From assembly GCA_964234715.1 (NCBI GenBank), contig OZ174282.1: 64,000 bases of DNA, one strand, 5' to 3'. Under the pieces are notes generated by a model, which searched no databases, was not told the origin of the DNA, and was given only the letters and a program-made list of their open reading frames with translations. This DNA is from Podarcis melisellensis (taxonomy: Eukaryota). This document shows positions 61,479 through 64,000 of the stretch, one piece after another. The position numbers and the translations under genes are program-made. The first letter of the stretch is position 1; each line of letters begins with the position of its first letter.

Positions 61479-62996
61479 CCTGTGTGACCTGTTTGTGCCC
61501 TAATGTCAGCCAGGTGTGGGGAGGAAGAAATATTCCTTTCAAGCTGTTTCTGCACCAGTGTAACTGCCTAGTGCTGGGAAACCATCATCCCTGGCCCTCA
61601 GGGGCCCAGTAGTCCAACTAACAAGGAACCTGTGAAATTGCTAGGTGCTTAAAAGGGTTGGAGAATGACACAAATTTGCATTTGTTCATTGTTATGTGTA
61701 AATGTAGAATGAATTGGTGGGTGGTTAACTGCACTGGCACCAGAGCCCTCTGAAGAGACACCTCTGCCACCAGACACAGGTGGCTTTGAGAGGTCAGGGG
61801 AACCCCGAGGAGACTAAAAGGCAGTCCCCAGAGCCTGAAACAGTGGTTCCCAAACTTTTCTGGCCACTGTCTTCTTGGTTCCATAAACTGCTTGCCCCCC
61901 CCACTACTCCCCACTTTGGGAACCACTGATAATGCCTCACGGCCTAGAAAAAGGCACTGGCCTTTTAAGTGGCCAGATGGCACATCTAGAGGGTGGTGCT
62001 TCTATCTCGACTACCACACCCACACACTGAAGCTCTGCCAGCTCATCCAAGACTCTGCTGAGGCAACTTGTGTTGCCTGCCTCAACCATAGCCAGCAGCA
62101 CTAGCCATGGGCCCTGCAGAAGGCCTGGCCTGCTTTCCCCAGCTGCTCCGTGGGACCAGGCCTACGGATCTTCCCCTTTCTCGTGCCAACTTCTTGCCTT
62201 GCTGGTGGAGAACACCATTGCGCCAGTCCTTGCTGCTGAGTGTGCTAACCTTTGGCGTTTCCCACAGAACAGACTTCAACCTCCAGATGTTGGTGGACTC
62301 CAACTCCCATCAGCCCCAGCCAGCACAAGCATATGATGCTGGGGTTGGTGGGAGCGAGCCATGCTGGCCCACACACACTTTAGGGCAGCCTTTGCCAACC
62401 TGGCACCCTCCAGATGTTGGACTACAACTCCCATCAGCCCCAGCCAGCGCAGGGTCATCTAGTGCAACTCCTTGCAACACAGAAACACATACTGGACTGC
62501 AATGGTTTGCCACTGGCATTATCCAGATTCTCAGGGACAGAAATTTCAGGGGAAAGGGGTGGCATGGAAACAAGGTCCCTGGTCCAGCTCCGCTCCCAGC
62601 GCAGCCTAGAACAAGCCTGCAAGGAATCAGCCTGCAGCTTTCCATTCTGTTCTCTTGACAGCTTTTTTCCTGCCTCCCTCCGTTTTCAGGCTGTGGCAGA
62701 TCAGCCTCCCAGCCACCTTCCCTGCAGCCCCCCTCTCCCTCTGCAGCATTCCAAGGTGACCTTTTTGGACAAGCAGCAGCAGTTTCATACCGAACAGTCA
62801 CATGACCGCCTCCTCCTCGCCCAGCCACATCTCTTCTCCCCCCCGCCCCCAGCAGCAGCAACAGCAGCCTCTGCCACCAGCCAGCCTCTGCTAAAGGCAC
62901 AGGGCAGCAGAGTAGGCCTGATTTTTCCTGGTCAATTAGTAGCCCCTGTGACTAGTTTGGAATGTCAACAGTTGCCATCTGCACTGTCAGACTCTT

Positions 62997-63178
62997 GGGT
63001 TGCAGCTCAGTGGGAAAGCAACTGCTTTGCCTGCAGAATTCAATCACCAGCATCTCCAGGAAGGGCTGGGAGAGATCCCTGCTTGAAGTCCTGGAGGGCT
63101 GCTGCCGGTCAGTGCAGACAATACTGAGCTAGATGGATCAAGTGGTCTGACTCAAAATCATAGTTTCCTATGTTCCTT
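62997..63178 (+). mobile_element. tRNA-derived SINE with CR1-like tail
   Basis: gggttgcagctcagtgg head; gagctagatgga...ggtctgactc...ttcctatgttcct tail. Confidence 0.6.
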
Positions 63179-63784
63179 ATTGTTATGATTGGGGAGGCAA
63201 TCTCTGAAGGGTTAGAGTTTGAGAAGACTCCAACTAATGGATTCCTGAACCCTGGCTGGAAGAGGCTGCATATCAGGGGCCATAACTGGCTGTTGCTTTG
63301 GAGCTATGAGTTTGCTGAAGCTATGAGAGAAGCATTGAGGGACACTCTTTGGGTGTAATGTTCTGCAGCCCCTCTCTTGAAGACTCCAGGTGTAAATATG
63401 TGGGAACGAACCATATTTCTAAGACATGGAAGACTCCGCGGTGCTTTGATATTGCAAGGGAAATTGGCAACCACCATACTCAAATTGTACAAGACATTAT
63501 TGGGCACACAGGTGACAGCGGGCATAAGGAACAGGACTCAACAATAGGGCCTTTAACAAAATTTATACACTTCTTGATGGAAGTAAAATCTCTAACCAGT
63601 TTACAAAAACCATTAAAATTATTGAGAAAGAAAAACAGTTTAAAATAATTAAAACAGCCAAAAAAGATTAATGGGTGCCAACATCTACATGTCTGGATAG
63701 GCCTGCCTTAAATAAAAGTTATACCCAGGCCCTGAAAAGAGTACAGCGAAGGGCCTCCTTGATGTCAAGAGGCAGGGAGTTTCC

Positions 63785-63824
<40 letters not shown>
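63785..63824. repeat. (TGTC)n microsatellite
   Basis: Seen directly. Confidence 0.9.
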
Positions 63825-63825
<1 letters not shown>

Positions 63826-64000
63826 TGATTTTTATCTGCCTCTTGATCTGCTGGACCAGCCTAGTCTAAGAAGAAATGCAAGAATTTATACCCTTTTAAA
63901 AAAATACTCATTTTATCTGAGGAAGTGTTTGGTGTAGCTCAGAAGCTTATGTTGTCTTCAGACTTTTGGCTGGCCTAATCATAGTTCTCTACCCAACTCT

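Noticed and set aside
62107-63127. Overlapping 183-237 aa ORFs on both strands
   Set aside because: Built from MITE/SINE sequence and GC-rich intron; no recognisable protein or splice structure
61096-64000. Search for upstream NDRG4 coding exons
   Set aside because: No NDRG-like peptide (e.g. ILTYHDVGLN) with splice sites found; presumably beyond the window

Overview
Vertebrate genomic DNA, very probably from a squamate (lacertid lizard-like, inferred from a full-length Sauria SINE and lizard-type MITEs). It holds the conserved CNOT1-SETD6-NDRG4 block. (1) The 3' two-thirds of CNOT1 lies on +: 30 coding exons, 1031-28786, spliced by hand into one open frame of 4652 nt ending ...GTGAS*. (2) SETD6 is complete on -: 9 coding exons, 41289-31061, 455 aa, with a CpG-island promoter, convergent with CNOT1. 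(3) The last 13 coding exons of NDRG4 lie on - (61095-47365), with a ~3.8 kb 3' UTR. Introns carry Tc1/mariner-pogo and hAT MITEs, SINEs, CR1/L2 tails and a decayed Penelope element with a hammerhead remnant. There are no prokaryotic-type systems or CRISPR arrays. The best leads are three structured, H/ACA-like intronic segments in CNOT1, a regulated 39-nt NDRG4 exon with a U12-like donor and a possible cryptic terminal exon, two GC-AG introns, and possible CNOT1 autoregulatory elements. All RNA-structure claims were folded by eye and are unverified.
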